Source: Lingula anatina
Lineage: Eukaryota > Animalia > Brachiopoda
Length of the DNA: 64,000 bases
NCBI GenBank assembly: GCA_051362555.1
Contig: CM120648.1
Location: forward strand, 19,092,587-19,156,586
Reading direction: 5' to 3'
Positions 21,960 to 36,169 of this stretch are shown in pieces. Made by a program: the position numbers and the translations under genes. The notes beneath the pieces were generated by a model. The model was not told where the DNA came from, ran no database searches, and worked only from the letters and a program-made list of their open reading frames with translations. Position 1 is the first letter of the stretch. Each line of letters opens with the position of its first letter.

Positions 21960-23615
21960 ATTAGTACCACCAGCCTGTAAGCTGTTGGTACTCCTAATTT
22001 TATTCCCGCCCCGTCTCATACAGCTCCACTAGATCCGCATTCTGGAGCCGGATACAAGTCACCATTCTCCTCCTAGACCCCAAGGACCCATGTCCTCATC
22101 TCTTGGATTTAGGTCACATATTATCTCAATTTGAACCCTTTTTTTGGCTCAGTTGGTGCATTATCCTGGGCATGACGTTCGTTGAAACGCACCCTTGTCA
22201 AAATTTTTGAAAATTCGATGCCAAATATCTCTCAAACCAAAGGAATTATCGGAAAAATTACTATAGAATTTTGACCGAAAGTCATATTTGAAGATTCCAG
22301 ATATGCCCTTGGATTTGACAGTTGACCTTTATCTCAAGGTCAAACAGGCCAAAATCTCCTAAAAATGGGGATTAAAAAAAAATATGTTTGTGCCAACTTT
22401 TAGAAACTACACCGACCTAAGTGGGGGGATTACAATTTGGGACTTCATCTTTGGGAGTTTGGGGTCAATCGGTGCATTTTCACTGGAGAGGCAGCCGTTA
22501 GATGCCAAAGCTGAAAACTCTCTATTAAACCAGGGGCCGGTTTCACAAAGCAGTAGTTAGTTAGAACAACTAACTACTGAACTACCTCGCTAACGAGCAA
22601 ACTTAGCGATTTTCGAGGGGTGTTTCACGAAGCAGTCGTTAACTCATTGCTAAGTTCAGTCATAAAGTTCGGTCGTTAGTTCTCTCGTTACTCACCGTAG
22701 TCTCGAAACCGTCTGCCGGAAGTGGAACTCTTGCGTAAAAGTGTCACGAAAGCACAAACTCTCCATTTTTTGGTGGCTGGAAATGCATTAGAACGTCTGC
22801 TTTGAGGTCGTCGTAAAGGATCTCCACCACCTTTTTGCCGCTCTTTTTGTCACAGCTAGGCGCAACCTCTCATAACTTGCATCATCGTGTGTATATTCTA
22901 ATAGATTCTGCCTTTCATGAAAACGTCGTAGTCTACGTTGCCGTCTGGCGGTACGGATAGCAAGAAAAGTAGCCGCCATATTGGATACAAAGACAAACGA
23001 CAGACAACGGTAACTAAGCAACCTTTTTATTTCACTCATTACGCATGCGTACAATGAAACTCTAGAGTTAGCGACTGGTCTGACCAGTCGTTAAATATCC
23101 AAGGCAACAACGAGACAATAACGAGCGAGAGAACTAGCGACTGCTTCGTGAAACGGCACTCTAACTAGCGAGAGGCTAACTACCGATCGCTAACTAACTA
23201 CTGCTTTGTGAAACCGGCCCCAGAACCCTAAATACAAGAAACCTCTTGTTTTTTGCATTACGTAGAGCTTGTCAAGCTCAATTAATACTGGGGTTGGTAT
23301 CCATTTTTTTTGTTTGTTTTTGGTATGTAGGTAAGGAGTTGTGCTATACAAAAAAGTACATTTCGATATTCAGTAGTGAAGCAAAATGTGAAATACTCAA
23401 AAACTGGCAGAGATACACCCATGGTTACTATTGACCTTGAATAAGAAGTCACATACTGGCAGCCAAACTGTGACCTTGAAATTGACCTTTGACCTACTTT
23501 TTCATCTTAAACTAAGTCTTGCAAATTTTTTGCCTCTTTTATCTGCAAAAATGGCAGAGATACACTTATAGTTACTATTGACCTTGAATAGGAAGTCATA
23601 TACTGGCAATCTTAC
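21960..23615 (+). mobile_element. HINE family B copy, 3'-truncated and interrupted by a Harbinger MITE
   Basis: Same 5' end (TTAGTACCACCAGC) and body as 18520-20259; no CTAG end. Confidence 0.7.
22534..23220. mobile_element. PIF/Harbinger non-autonomous deletion derivative
   Basis: Perfect 31-bp TIRs GGGCCGGTTTCACAAAGCAGTAGTTAGTTAG; CAG TSD (22531-33, 23221-23); - strand remnant MAATFLAIRTARRQRRLRRFHERQNLL resembles a Harbinger transposase N-terminus. Confidence 0.85.
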
Positions 23616-24075
23616 TCTACGCTGCTTTGTAATCTGGAACATAGTCCATCTTACACGTCAGACTTTGTGTGCAAATCGACTTTGTGATTTATGAAAAATG
23701 TCTGTATACTTCACTTTGTTCTTCAGCAGTGATTCAGTATCCAGATTACATACCCTTTTTATCTATCTGTCTATTTTACTCGAAGTTTGTTTTACCCTGA
23801 TATAAATAACGCACCATAGTATTTTTGGGAATTTCTCAATTCAATTCAAAAATTTAATTAATCTGCGATTTATCGACTTTTGTCATCGTGAAAATGTGAG
23901 ATTTTATATAACACACTGTTACTCTCAAGCACATATGCAGGCATCCACCTCTCTAGATTTTCTCTTGCTTCCTCTCTGCTATCACTTCACAATAAATATA
24001 ACGTCTGCAAACATCATCGTTCACCTTATCCATGAGTCCTTTTGTCAATCTGAAGCATAACATTTGTATTACCAG

Positions 24076-24306
24076 GTGAGTTTAATGAACGGCTTCAACG
24101 GTTGTGTGAAAGTGGTAAGATTCCAGTATACCGACAGCGAGTAGCTATTGTTGGACCTTACGGTGTGGGAAAGACTCATCTCGCCAAGCGCCTCATCCAT
24201 GAGGAATATATCAAAGAAGAAGATGCAAATACAACTGGCGTGAATATATACCGCCATAGGTGTGTTGTCCATAAAGCTGGCCGATCCTGTTGGATCAGAG
24301 GAAAAG
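24076..24306 (+). CDS. ROCO-HEPN gene exon: ROC GTPase G1/G2
   Basis: tttgtattaccag| ... |gtaagc, phase 1-1; RVAIVGPYGVGKTHL P-loop, NTTGV switch I. Confidence 0.88.
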
Positions 24307-24755
24307 GTAAGCAGAATATAGGAAAACGTTTGACACATATGGAATATGTTTATAAAGAATACAAAGAACAGAAGATAAGACATTTTCAATTTTACCGCAT
24401 AATTCACAATAAGGAATTATACATACATGTACGTGTGGGTGTCGAAATGTGTCCTTCCATATCTTAGTATGGTAGACGAGGGGCTGAGTGAAAAAGTACC
24501 TAAATAAGTGGTGCCTTTGTATTGTTATCAATCAATTGACATACATGACACTTTACAATCTACTACTATAGCCCATTGATTATTTTTTAACTGCGTACAA
24601 ACACGATAATTTCATTCTCTGTAAAAACACCATGCTTTATTTTACTCAATATTGAATTAAATTTTTCAACGGTGTAGCCTGATACGTACACTCAGAAAAG
24701 GTACATTTAGATGCAATGCTTGATCTAACTGTATGATCCTTCCAACTATTCTCAG

Positions 24756-24911
24756 ATGATCCAAAAGACCAGTTTGCACAAAATATGGCAATTGGAGTAC
24801 AGAATTCAGATACGTTTTGCCAGCCGGACTTAACAGTATTAGACCAAACGCCACTAGAGGAATCCCTACCAGATTCGGAAGTGAATATTAATAACATGCT
24901 GACAAATAGAG
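24756..24911 (+). CDS. ROCO-HEPN gene exon: acidic insertion within ROC
   Basis: attctcag| ... G|gtattg, 156 nt, phase 1-1, open (DDPKDQFAQNMAIGV...MLTNR). Confidence 0.72.
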
Positions 24912-25210
24912 GTATTGTACATGATTGTCTCGAATAGTTCATCTTGGTGCAATTTAAACAGATATTTGTACAATGTAGTTATTCTTCTTTTTTGCCAAGA
25001 GATTCCACCTTCTATGTTTTTTTTTTTCGTTGGCCATTCCACATATATGTGCCTTGGAGACAGCATCCCAAATTTTATTTTATATGTTTAAATTTTGTAA
25101 AGAAATTCCTTTCTAAATTCTTTTATCTTAGCCATGTTTTTGTTTACTTTAAAGTTGAGTCATTTTCTGCTAGAATGGTGTTTGATATTATTCTTCTCTT
25201 TATTCTACAG

Positions 25211-25261
25211 CCGCTCCCCCTGATGACAGTGAATTACCTGCCTCTCCTGACAAAACAGCAG
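25211..25261 (+). CDS. ROCO-HEPN gene 51-nt exon, copy 1 (AAPPDDSELPASPDKTA)
   Basis: ctctttattctacag| ... CAG|gtaaat, phase 1-1. Confidence 0.7.
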
Positions 25262-25408
25262 GTAAATAGTGCACATGTAGTAAAACAAGATTCTCGTGTA
25301 TTCTTAGCTTGCCGATTAGGTATGTGAGTGTCTACATTCTTATTTTCATCAAACTGGGACTTAGAACTCACACGGGCATGAAGCTCAGAGGTAATCAAAT
25401 TTTCTTAA

Positions 25409-25745
25409 AGCAATAATAACTCTTCGTTTTGGCCAAAAAATGAATTTTCCTGGAGTCAACAACAATTTTCCCACACTTACCAATAGTTAATGAATCTATT
25501 TTTATATTCAAAGTTAGTCCCTGGTTTTTTTTCAAAAAGTTTGGTTTTTAGTTAAAATCTCTTAAGAGATTTTACCACAGTATAGCCATCAATGGAGGTC
25601 ACCTGATCTGAAGACAAGCTCAGATATCAGAATAATAGCTATAACGGCTGTTTTCATCGTAAAACAGAATATATTATATTTCTATGAGTTATTCACAATG
25701 TTTTTATTGTGAAATATAGATTTCATACGAAGAGTTATTGTCCCT
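25409..25745. mobile_element. Kolobok-like MITE, shorter inverted copy of 14476-15095
   Basis: TTAA flanks (25405-08, 25746-49); its left end is the reverse complement of the right end of the 14476 copy. Confidence 0.75.
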
Positions 25746-28700
25746 TTAATGTCCATGTTTTTAATAGAAGATAATTAAAATTTTGTGGTATTTATACAGT
25801 TGACCATTATGTTATATTGCATCAAAAACCTACTTTGTGCACTATCACCATAACGTTATAAAAAGAAAACTGTTACCTATTTTTTTATTTACAAAAATGG
25901 TTCTTAGGATTGACAAACAGCTTAAATTAGAAAACCAGCTCTTTTGAATTATTGTTTTAATCGAATTATGCATTTTTTGTGAAATTTCTATTTATCTCAT
26001 TCTGGTGTGAGCTTGAACTCTCATGGGCCTGAAGCCTTATGCTTTTACTTACATCGTTATATACTATTGTGCATAATTAAATTTTGAGGTTGACTGTGCA
26101 GTTAAGCATTGTATTACATTAGAACTGACAGCCTCCTATTTTGTGCATTATTATTTTCTGCTTTTTTAAAATTGTGACTTAGATATTTCATGGGCCTGAA
26201 TACCTTTGCGAGTCACATTTGGGTGACAAGCCTCTAATCTTCCATTGGGTAACTACTAGCAAAATTCAGAACTATAAGGTCACTTGCCTAAATTAAGTTT
26301 CAAGTGGCAATAAAATTAGACATGTTGAGATTCCCTGTAAACTCCCATAGGTTAAGTTCTCTGCCAGATAACAGTGTCCATAATAGGGAAGCAGTGATAA
26401 TTATGCAGATAAATGTTGTTTAATTTTGCAAATAAGTTTTCAAAAAATTATTTTGTATAATGCCAACATTAATGCTAGTTTGAAAAGCAGCTTTACTGGA
26501 ATGTTTTGTTTTTAATTTTTTCAAACACTGAGGGTTTCAACTCAATTTTTAACTCCCCTCCACCTGAAGCTCTGCACATTTTCTGTTTTCCCACATAAGC
26601 AGTTGTATTGGTATTTATGTATTTCAACATTATGTAACATTATATTATTCTATGCACTGCTTTCATATGTCAAATATTGTGATTTCATTATGTGAATTTG
26701 AACTCTCGTGGTCCTGAAACTGTAATCTTATCATAGGGGCAGATTGGGATTGTCCTCAAGGTTTTCAGGAAGACGGTCAGATTTTAAAGTTTACATTGAC
26801 GGGTATCTATTTTTATGTACAGACACAGATGTGTCTGTACATATTGCCATCACCTGCGTCTGTCGTCGCCGTCGCCGATGGCGATGGCGATGCCGATGGC
26901 GATGCCGGCGCCGTGCACTTTCCTTGTAAACACGATAAGTGGAGGGCAGTTTTACTTTTTGGCTTTATATTTACAGAGCTGATGAATATTCATAAAATGC
27001 AGGTCAAGTTCGAAAATCAGCATGATCGGGCCATTATTGTAGAAGTTATGCTGTTTTTTCACTTTTCAGCATATTTTTCACATTTCCTCAGATTCAATTC
27101 TTAGGCATGTTAACAGTCTCATTATTAAACTAATAAGATACGTAAAAGTTTTTGTTTGACATTTCCTGCATCTTTACAACATTGTTAGTTGATTTTGTAA
27201 AAATGATGGTAAACTTGTTATCGTGTATTGTGTAATTAAGTGTCAAAAATGGAAATAAACACATATCATTGCAGTTTGTCAGATTTAATCATCCACTATG
27301 TTCAGAATCTCATAATGGAAGAAATTGGACATTTAACACTGCTCTGTTGATATTTTTCCCATCTCATCAATTTTCTTAGTTGATCATATAAAAATGGCAG
27401 TAAACTGTTAATTTTGTTATATGTTAAAAATTGTTAAAAACTGAAAAAAAAAAACATTTCAGAACAGTGCTGTCTTGTTTACATTTTGGCATTTCAAGTT
27501 GTGACTTTGAAATTCCATGGGCCTGAAGACCTTTGCTAGTCACATTTTCTGAATATCCATGATACTAATATTTTATTATTAAAAATTGATGGTCATCATA
27601 CTGTTAAACATTATGTAATATTGCATCAAAATTTGAAAAAACCTATTTTGGGCACTGCTCCCATGATGACCATTTAAGAAAAACCATGTCACTTACTGTT
27701 CTCAAACAGTACAGTAAATATATATAGATGTGTCTGTACATATTGCCATCACCTGCGTCTGTTGTCCCCGTCATCGCCGTCGCTGGCGCCGTGCACTTTC
27801 ATTGTAAACACGATAAGTAGAAGGCAGTTTTACTTTTTATGTACAGACACAGATGTGTCTGTACATATTGCCATCACCTGCGTCTGTCGTCGCCGTCGCC
27901 GATGCTGATGCCGATGCCGATGCCGTCGCCGTGCACTTTCCTTGTAAACACGATAAGTGGAGGGCAGTTTTACTTTTTGGCTTTATATTTACAGAGCTGA
28001 TGAATATTCATAAAACGCAGGTCAAGTTCGAAAATCAGCATGATCGGGCCATTGTTGTAGAAGTTATGCTATTTTTTCACTTTTCAGCATATATGCAACA
28101 CTGTAAACACATTTTAAGGAAAACCGTTAGGCCTGTTGTCATGAAACTCACAGGAGTAATCAATCATACTAAAACAGGTCAAGTTCGAAAAATCAGCATG
28201 ATCGGGCCATTTTTAGGGGAGTTATGCTTTTTATGTACAGACACAGATGTGTCTGTACATATTGCCATCACCTGCGTCTGTCGTCGCCGATGCCGATGCC
28301 GATGCCGATGGCGATGCCGTGCACTTTCCTTGTAAACACGATAAGTGGAAGGCAGTTTTACTTTTTGGCTTTATATTTACAGAGCTGATGAATATTCATA
28401 AAACGCAGGTCGAGTTCGAAAATCAGCATGATCGGGCCATTATTGTAGAAGTTATGCTGTTTTTTCACTTTTCAGCATATTTTTCACATTTCCTCAGATT
28501 CAATTCTTAGGCATGTTAACAGTCTCATTATTAAACTAATAAGATACGTAAAAGTTTTTGTTTGACATTTCCTGCATCTTTACAACATTGTTAGTTGATT
28601 TTGTAAAAATGATGGTAAACTTGTTATCGTGTATTGTGTAATAAAGTGTCAAAAATGGAAATAAACTCATATCATTGCAGTTTCTCAGATTCAATCATTC

Positions 28701-31133
28701 ACTATGTTCAGAATCTCAGAATGGAAGAAATTGGACATTTAACACTGCTTTATTGATATTTTTCCCATCTCATCAATTTTCTTAGTTGATCATATAAAAA
28801 TGGCAGTAAACTGTTAATTTTGTTTTATGTTAAAAATTGTTAAAAATGGAAAAAAAAAAAAATTCAGAACAGTGCTGTCTTGTTTACATTTTGGCATTTT
28901 CAAGTTGTGACTTAGAGGTTCCATGGGCCTGAAGACCTTTGCTAGTCACATTTTCTGAATATCCATGATACTAATATTTTATTATTAAAAATTGACGGTC
29001 ATTATGCTGTTAAACATTATGTAATATTGCATCAAAATTTGAAAAAAACCTATTTTGGGCACTGCTCCCATGATGACCATTTAAGAAAAACCATGTCACT
29101 TACTGTTCTCAAACAGTACAGTAAATATATATATAGATGTGTCTGTACATATTGCCATCACCTGCGTCTGTCGTAGCCGTCATCGCCATCGCCGGTGCCG
29201 TGCACTTTCATTGTAAACACGATAAGTGGAAGGCAGTTTTACTTTTGGGCTTTATATTTACAGAGCTGATGAATATTCTTAAAATGCAGGTCAAGTTCGA
29301 AAATCAGCATGATCGGGCCATTATTGTAGAAGTTATGCTTTTTTTTCACTTTTCAGCATATATGCAACACTGTAAACACATTCCAAGGAAAACCGATAGG
29401 CCTGTTGTCATAAAACTCACAGGAGTAATCTATCTTACTAAAACGCAGGTCAAGTTCGAAAATCGGCATGATCGGGCCACTATTTTAGTAGTTATGCTGT
29501 TTTTTCATTTTTCAGCATATATGCAACACTGTAAACACAATATAAGAAAAACAGATAGGCCAATTGTCATTAAACTCACAGGAGTGGTCAATCTTACTAA
29601 AACGCAGGTTGAGTTCGAAAATCAGCATAATCGGGCCATTATTTTAGAAGTTATGCTGTTTTTTCACATTTCCTCAGATTAAATTCTTAGGCATGTTAAC
29701 AGTCTTATTGTTTTTCTAATAAGATACATAAAAGTGTTTGTTTGACATTTCCTGCATCTTTACAACATTGTAAGTTGATTATGTAAAAATGATGGTAAAC
29801 TTGTTATCGTGTATTGTGTAATAAAGTGTCAAAAATGGAAATAAACTCATATCATTGCAGTTTGTCAGATTCAATCATTAACTATGTTCAGAATCTCAGA
29901 ATGGAGGAAATTGGACATTTAACACTATTCTATTGATATTTTTCCCATCTCATCAATTTTCTTAGTTGATCATATAAAAATTGCAGTAAACTGTTTATTT
30001 TGTTTTATGTTAAAAAAGTGTTAAAAATGGAAATAAACCCATGTCAGAACAGTGCTGTCTTGTTTCACATTTCCTCAGATTCAATTCTTAGGCATGTTAA
30101 CAGTCTCATTATTTAACTAATAAGACATGTAAAAGTGTTTGGTTGACATTTCCTGCATCTTTACAACATTATTAGTTGATTATGTAAAAATGATGGTAAA
30201 CTTGTTATCGTGTATTGTGTAATAAAGTGTCAAAAATGGAAATAAACTCATATCATTGCAGTTTGTGAGATTCAATCATTCACTATGTTCAGAATCTCAG
30301 AATGGAGGAAATTGGACATTTAACTCTATGCTATTGATATTTTTCCCATCTCATCAATTTTCTTAGTTGATCATATAAAAATTGCAGTAAACTGTTTATT
30401 TTGTTTTATGTTAAAAAATTGTTAAAAATGAAAAAAAAGAAAAAAAAACATTTCAGAACAGTGCTGTCTTTGTTTACATTTTGGCATTTTCAAGTTGTGA
30501 CTTTGAAGTTCCATGGGCCTGAAGACCTTTGCTAGTCACATTTTCTGAATATCCATGATGCTAATATTTTATTATTAAAATTGATGGTCATTATGCTGTT
30601 AAACATTATGTAATATTGCATCAAAATTAAAAAAAAAAACTATTTTGGGCACTGCTCCCATGATGACCATTTAAGAAAAACCATGTCACTTACTGTTCTC
30701 AAACTTACAGGAAAGAAACATGGGACTAAAATACAGCTTCAGTAGGCAATGCAGTCTGTTTGGTAATTCTTACTGCCAGTTAAACGGTTTCACATATTGG
30801 CATTTTCAAAGTGTGACTTTGAAGTTCCACGGGCTTGTTTATTATTGCATCAAAATTGGCAAAATAACCTCTTTTGCATCCTTTTTTCTGTTATTTTGTC
30901 TGTACATTTGACAGCTTTGCTGCCTTGTTTTTTTCATTTTTCAGCATATATGCAACACTGTAAACACAATATAAGAAAAACAGATAGGCCAATTGTCATT
31001 AAACTCACAGGAGTGGTCAATCTTACTAAAACGCAGGTTGAGTTCGAAAATCAGCATAATTGGGCCATTATTTTAGAAGCTGTTTTTTCATATTTCCTCA
31101 GATTCAATTCTTAGGCATGTTAACAGTCTTATT

Positions 31134-33446
31134 ATTAGTACCACCAGCGTGTACGCTGGCGGTACTCATGGTTTTAGTCCCGACCCGTCTCGTCCGGCTC
31201 CGCCGGCTCCGTTGGCTCCGCCGGCTCCGCGTACTGGCGCCGGATACAAGTCACCGTTACCGCTTCTCCTCCTAGACCGCAAGGACCCCTGTCCCCATCT
31301 CTTGGATTTAGGTCACATATAACCTCAACTTGAACCCCCAGGTTTTTTTGTCTCAGTCGCTGCATTGACCTGGGCGTGACGCTCCTTGAAATGCACCCTT
31401 GTCAAAATTTTTGAAAATTCAATGCCAATTATCTACCCTACGGAAGGAATTATGGGAAAATTTTCTACAGACAGCTTTCCAAAAGTCATATGTGTAGATT
31501 TCAAATATGCCCTTGGATTTGACCTTTGACCTTTATTTCAAGGTCAAACGGGCCAAAATTTAAAAAAAAATGAAATTTTTTAAGAAAAAAAATATTATTT
31601 GCCCTGTTATTCAGACACCACACAGACTTAACCAATAATATTATTGGAAAGTGTTACCCTTCAGGTCATCTTTCATCTCCATGAATTTGGGGTCAATCGG
31701 TGCATTTTCTTGGGAGTAGCGGCCATAAGATGCCAAAACTGAAAACTGTCTCTAATTCGGGAACCGTTAATGCTAGAGACCCATTCTTTTTTGCATTTTG
31801 TAGAGCATGTAAAGCCCAACACTGGAAGTGGTCTCCGTTTTTTTGTATTCCAAACGGTTTTCATGTTATGCTGTATTAAAAAGTACTTTGTGGTGGCACA
31901 TTATTGTAACTCAGAATTGTAACATTTAGTCCCTTATATCTCCAAAACTGGCCGAGATAGGTCAATAGTCATTATTTAAGTTGAATAGGAAGTCATTTAC
32001 TTGCAATCTAGATGTGAGCTTGAAATTGACCTTTGACCTACTTTTCACCATGAACTGAACTTTGCAAATTATTGTTCCCTTTTATCTCCAAAACTGGCAG
32101 AGATAGGTCAATAGTTACTATTGAACTTGAATAGGAAGTCACATACTGGCAATTTAACAGTGACCTTAAAATTGACCTTTGACCTACTTTTCACCATGAA
32201 TTGAACTTTGCCAATTTTCGTTCCCTTTAATCCCCAAAACTGACAGAGATAGGTCCATAGTCACTATTGAACTTGAATAGGAAGTCATATACTGACAATT
32301 TACTATGACCTTAAATTTGACCTTTGACCTACTTTTTACCATGAACTGAACTTTGCAAATTTTTGTTCCCTTTTATCTCCAAAACTGGCAAAGATACGCC
32401 CATAGTTACTATTGAATTTGAATAGAAAGTCATTAGAGGCAATTTATTTTGACCTTAAAATTGACCTTTAACCTACTTTTCACCATGAACTGAACTTTGA
32501 AAATATTTGTTCCCTTTTATCTCCAAAACTGGCAGAGATAGGTCCATAGTTACCATTGAACTTGAATAGGAAGTCATATACTGGCAATCTAAGTGGGACC
32601 TTGAAATTGACCTTTGACCTACTTTTCATCATGAATTGAACTTTGCAGATTTTCTTTCCCTTTTATCTCCAAAACTGGCAGAGATAGGTCCATAGTTACT
32701 ATTGAACTTAAATAGGAAGTCATATACTGGCAATTTACTGTGACCTTAAAATTGACCTTTGACCGTCTTTTTACTATGAACTGAACTTAGCAAATTTTCG
32801 TTCACCTTTATCTTCAAAACTGACAGAGATAGGTCCATAGTTACTATTGAACTTGAATAGGAAGTACACTAGCAATCTGTGACCTTGAAATTGACCTTTG
32901 ACCTACTTTTTATGATGAACTGCTTTTTGCATGTTTTCTGGCCTTTAAATCTGCAAAATTGGCAAAGAAATGCTCATGGTTGCTATTGAACTTGAATAGA
33001 AATTCATATACTATGATATTGAAATTGACCTTTGATCTACTTTTTCACCATGAACTGAGCTTTGCATATTTTCTTGCCTCTCATATCTTTAAATCTAGCA
33101 GAGATGTCCCCATTGTTTCCCCTAGGTTTTATCTTTTGTCAGCATATATGCACCATTGACAACGTATTTCAAGGAAAACCAATAGGCCTTTTGTCTAGAG
33201 AATACAGGAGTGATCAAGGGTATGAAAATGCAAGTCAATTCAAAAATCTGCTTGATTGTATCATTTTTAGTCATATTTTTTTGCATATTTTGAGAACTCT
33301 TGTTGATTGCATCTTATAGAGCTTGTCAAACACCAGACTGGTGATGGTGTCCCTTTTAGGAGGGGGGCGGGGGGGTCCATACGAATGCGCTTACTCCAGC
33401 TGGTGGTACAATATCCGGAGGCGGTATCGCCTCTCTGATCCTCTAG
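31134..33446 (+). mobile_element. HINE family B copy inserted in family A without a TSD
   Basis: Complete ends; about 7 x 146-bp repeats; the flanks rejoin to AACAGTCTTATT..TTTT.CTAATAAGATAC as in the empty paralog at ~29700. Confidence 0.82.
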
Positions 33447-34877
33447 TTTTACTAATAAGATACGTAAAAGTTTTTGTTTGACATTTCCTGCATCTTTACA
33501 ACATTGTTAGTTGATTTTGTAAAAATGATGGTAAACTTGTTATCGTGTATTGTGTAATAAAGTGTCAAAAATGGAAATAAACACATATCATTGCAGTTTG
33601 TCAGATTCAATCATTCACTATGTACAGAATCTCAGAATGGAAGAAATTGGACATTTAACACTGCTCTATTAATATTTTTCCCATCTCATCAATTTTCTCA
33701 GTTGATCATATAAAAACGGTAGTAAACTGTTAATTTTGTTTTATGTTAGAAATTGTTAAAACTGGGAAAAAAAAACATTTCAGAACATTGCTGTCTTGTA
33801 TACATTTTGGCATTTTCAAGTTGTGACTTTGAAGTTCCATGGGCCTGAAGACCTTTGCTAGTCTTATTTTCTGAATATCCATAATACTAATATTTTATTA
33901 TTAAAATTGATGGTCATTATGCTGTTAAACATTATGTAATATTGCATCAAAATTTGAAAAAAAAAACTATTTTGGGCATTGCTCCCATGATGACCATTTA
34001 AGAAAAACCATGTCACTTACTGTTCTCAAACTTACAGGCAAGAAACATTGGACTAAAATACAGCTTCAGTAGGCAATGCAGTCTGTTTGGTAATTCTTAC
34101 TGCCAGTTAAACGTTTTTTTTTTTTTTTTTGTGAAAATTTAATTTTTCACATATTGGCATTTTCAAGGTGTGACTTTGAAGTTCCACGGGCTTGAAGACC
34201 CATGCTAGTCACATTTTCTGAAAATTCTTGATACGTATATTTTATAATTAAAAATTGACGGTCATTATGCTGTTAACCATTATGTAATATGGCATCAGAA
34301 TAGAAGAAAACACAATTTTGGGTGCTGCTGCCATGATGACCATTATGGGAAAACCATGTTACTTATGATTGCCAAACTTTAAAAAAAGAAATACAGGACT
34401 AAAATGCAGCCTGAGTTGGAAAAGCAGTCTAATTGGCTTCTTTTTCTGGAAGTTATACATTTTCAAAGTGTGAACTTGTTACACATTTTACTTACATTGG
34501 TATTACCTGTTGAGCATAATTAAAATTTGATGTTGAATTTGCAGTTTAACATAATGTACTTTTGCATCAGAATTGACAGTAGCCTATTTTGTACATAGTT
34601 ATTTCCTGTTTTTTGTCTGTACATTTGACAGCTTTGCTGCCTTGTTTTTGTTGGAAGACCATCTAAAATGGAGGGTGGATTAACAAAGATATTTTAAAAT
34701 ACTGTCAGAAAATACATTTGGATCCGCTCCTGTTATTGACCATGTTACCTGTTGTGCATGACTTAAATTCAGTGTCGATTGACCGTGCTATTACAAGTAT
34801 TATTTATTTTTTTATCAAAATGAGAAATTAACCTATTTTTTGCATCTTTATTTATTTATTTATTTATTTTGTCTGTA

Positions 34878-35486
34878 GACTCGCCCTTCAAGAAATCCAT
34901 GCCTTCAAGAAATCGACGAAAACTGGAAGTGCGTGTTTTTTGCACCGTTTTTCCTGTCATGCCCATCGTAAACACTGTGTTGTCAAGTAAAATGAAGTGT
35001 CTGATACAAAGTATCAAATGAGGCAATGACGTGCTTGCTTGCGATGCGTTCAGTACACTTTGTTTACACTGAGAAGTCGAGGTCAGGAATGCATTATGTT
35101 TTTCTATGTAATTACGCAGTTTCAATTTTGATTAGTAAATTTTCTTTTATCTGCATGGTCATTTTCCGAACATTTGTATAAGCCACGAAATATTTCTCAT
35201 CGGAAAATCACCCAGCAGCTTTCCAAGTACAAGCAAGTGACGTCATGACGCACTTCCGGTTTTCGTCAAGATCTTGAAGGGATTAGCTTTACGGTTTGCT
35301 GCACATTTAAAGCGTTCTGTCTCAAAATGTACTCGACTGCTTGGATTGAAATTTACAAAACTTATTCTTCACATGATATCACACATATGTGCTTAATTTG
35401 AGAGCTTTAGCTGTTATATATTTTCTACAGTGCCCATTCAAAATTGAAAAAGAGCTATTTTCTGTCGATTTCTTGAAGGGCAAGTC
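34878..35486. mobile_element. TIR MITE with TA target duplication (superfamily uncertain)
   Basis: TIR GACTCGCCCTTCAAGAAATC / GATTTCTTGAAGGGCAAGTC; splits the family A motif GTCTG-TA-CATTTGAC and duplicates the TA. Confidence 0.78.
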
Positions 35487-35867
35487 TACATTTGACAGAT
35501 TTGCTGTCTTGTTTTATCTGGGTACAAACACGACAATTTAATTTTCTGTAAAATAAGTCTTCTTTATATGACTGAGGATTATTTTTCTTTTTGCCAAGGG
35601 ATTCCACCTTCTATGTGTTTTTCGTTGGCCATTATACCTTATGTGCCTTGAAGACTGGGCACTTGATACCAATTATACTTGATCTTATTAGACGCATTTT
35701 CGATGTAATTTATTTATTTTTATACAATATTTATACAATATCCCAAAGTTATATGTTAAAATTTTGTAAAGAAATTCCTTTATCTTAGCCACGTTTTTGT
35801 TTACGTTAAGATTGAGTCATTTTCTGCTGGAATGGGGTTTGATATTCTTCTTCTCTTTATTCTACAG

Positions 35868-35918
35868 CCGCTCCCCCTGATGACAGGGAATCACCTGCCT
35901 CTCCTGACAGAGAAGCAG
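35868..35918 (+). CDS. ROCO-HEPN gene 51-nt exon, copy 2 (AAPPDDRESPASPDREA)
   Basis: ctctttattctacag| ... CAG|gtaagt, phase 1-1; paralog of 25211-25261 including flanking intron. Confidence 0.7.
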
Positions 35919-35978
35919 GTAAGTAGTGCACATGTAGTAAAACAAGATTCCGTCTTTTGCTCAGAATCTGCGAGTGTT

Positions 35979-36024
<46 letters not shown>

Positions 36025-36169
36025 TGACATCACAAAACAAAACATACATTTTCACACTAAACACATATTACAACATATATGCAACAGACACAAACTAACA
36101 TACAGTAGTCTCATTGGACATTAACAGCACAAGGGAGTGACAGAATACGTTGCACAAAGTAACAGTACA

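Larger units (their letters stand above)
26809..35515 (+). mobile_element. Cluster of tandem and nested HINE family A copies
   Basis: 5' hairpin starts at ~26815, 27839, 28233 and partial ones at 27725, 29134; 3' ends at ~30898, 34615, 35485; near-identical internal modules repeated. Confidence 0.7.

Noticed and set aside
26744-31365. Repeated ORFs starting MCLYILPSPASVV or containing MLFFHFSAY
   Set aside because: Chance translations of HINE family A tandem repeats; frames break between copies.
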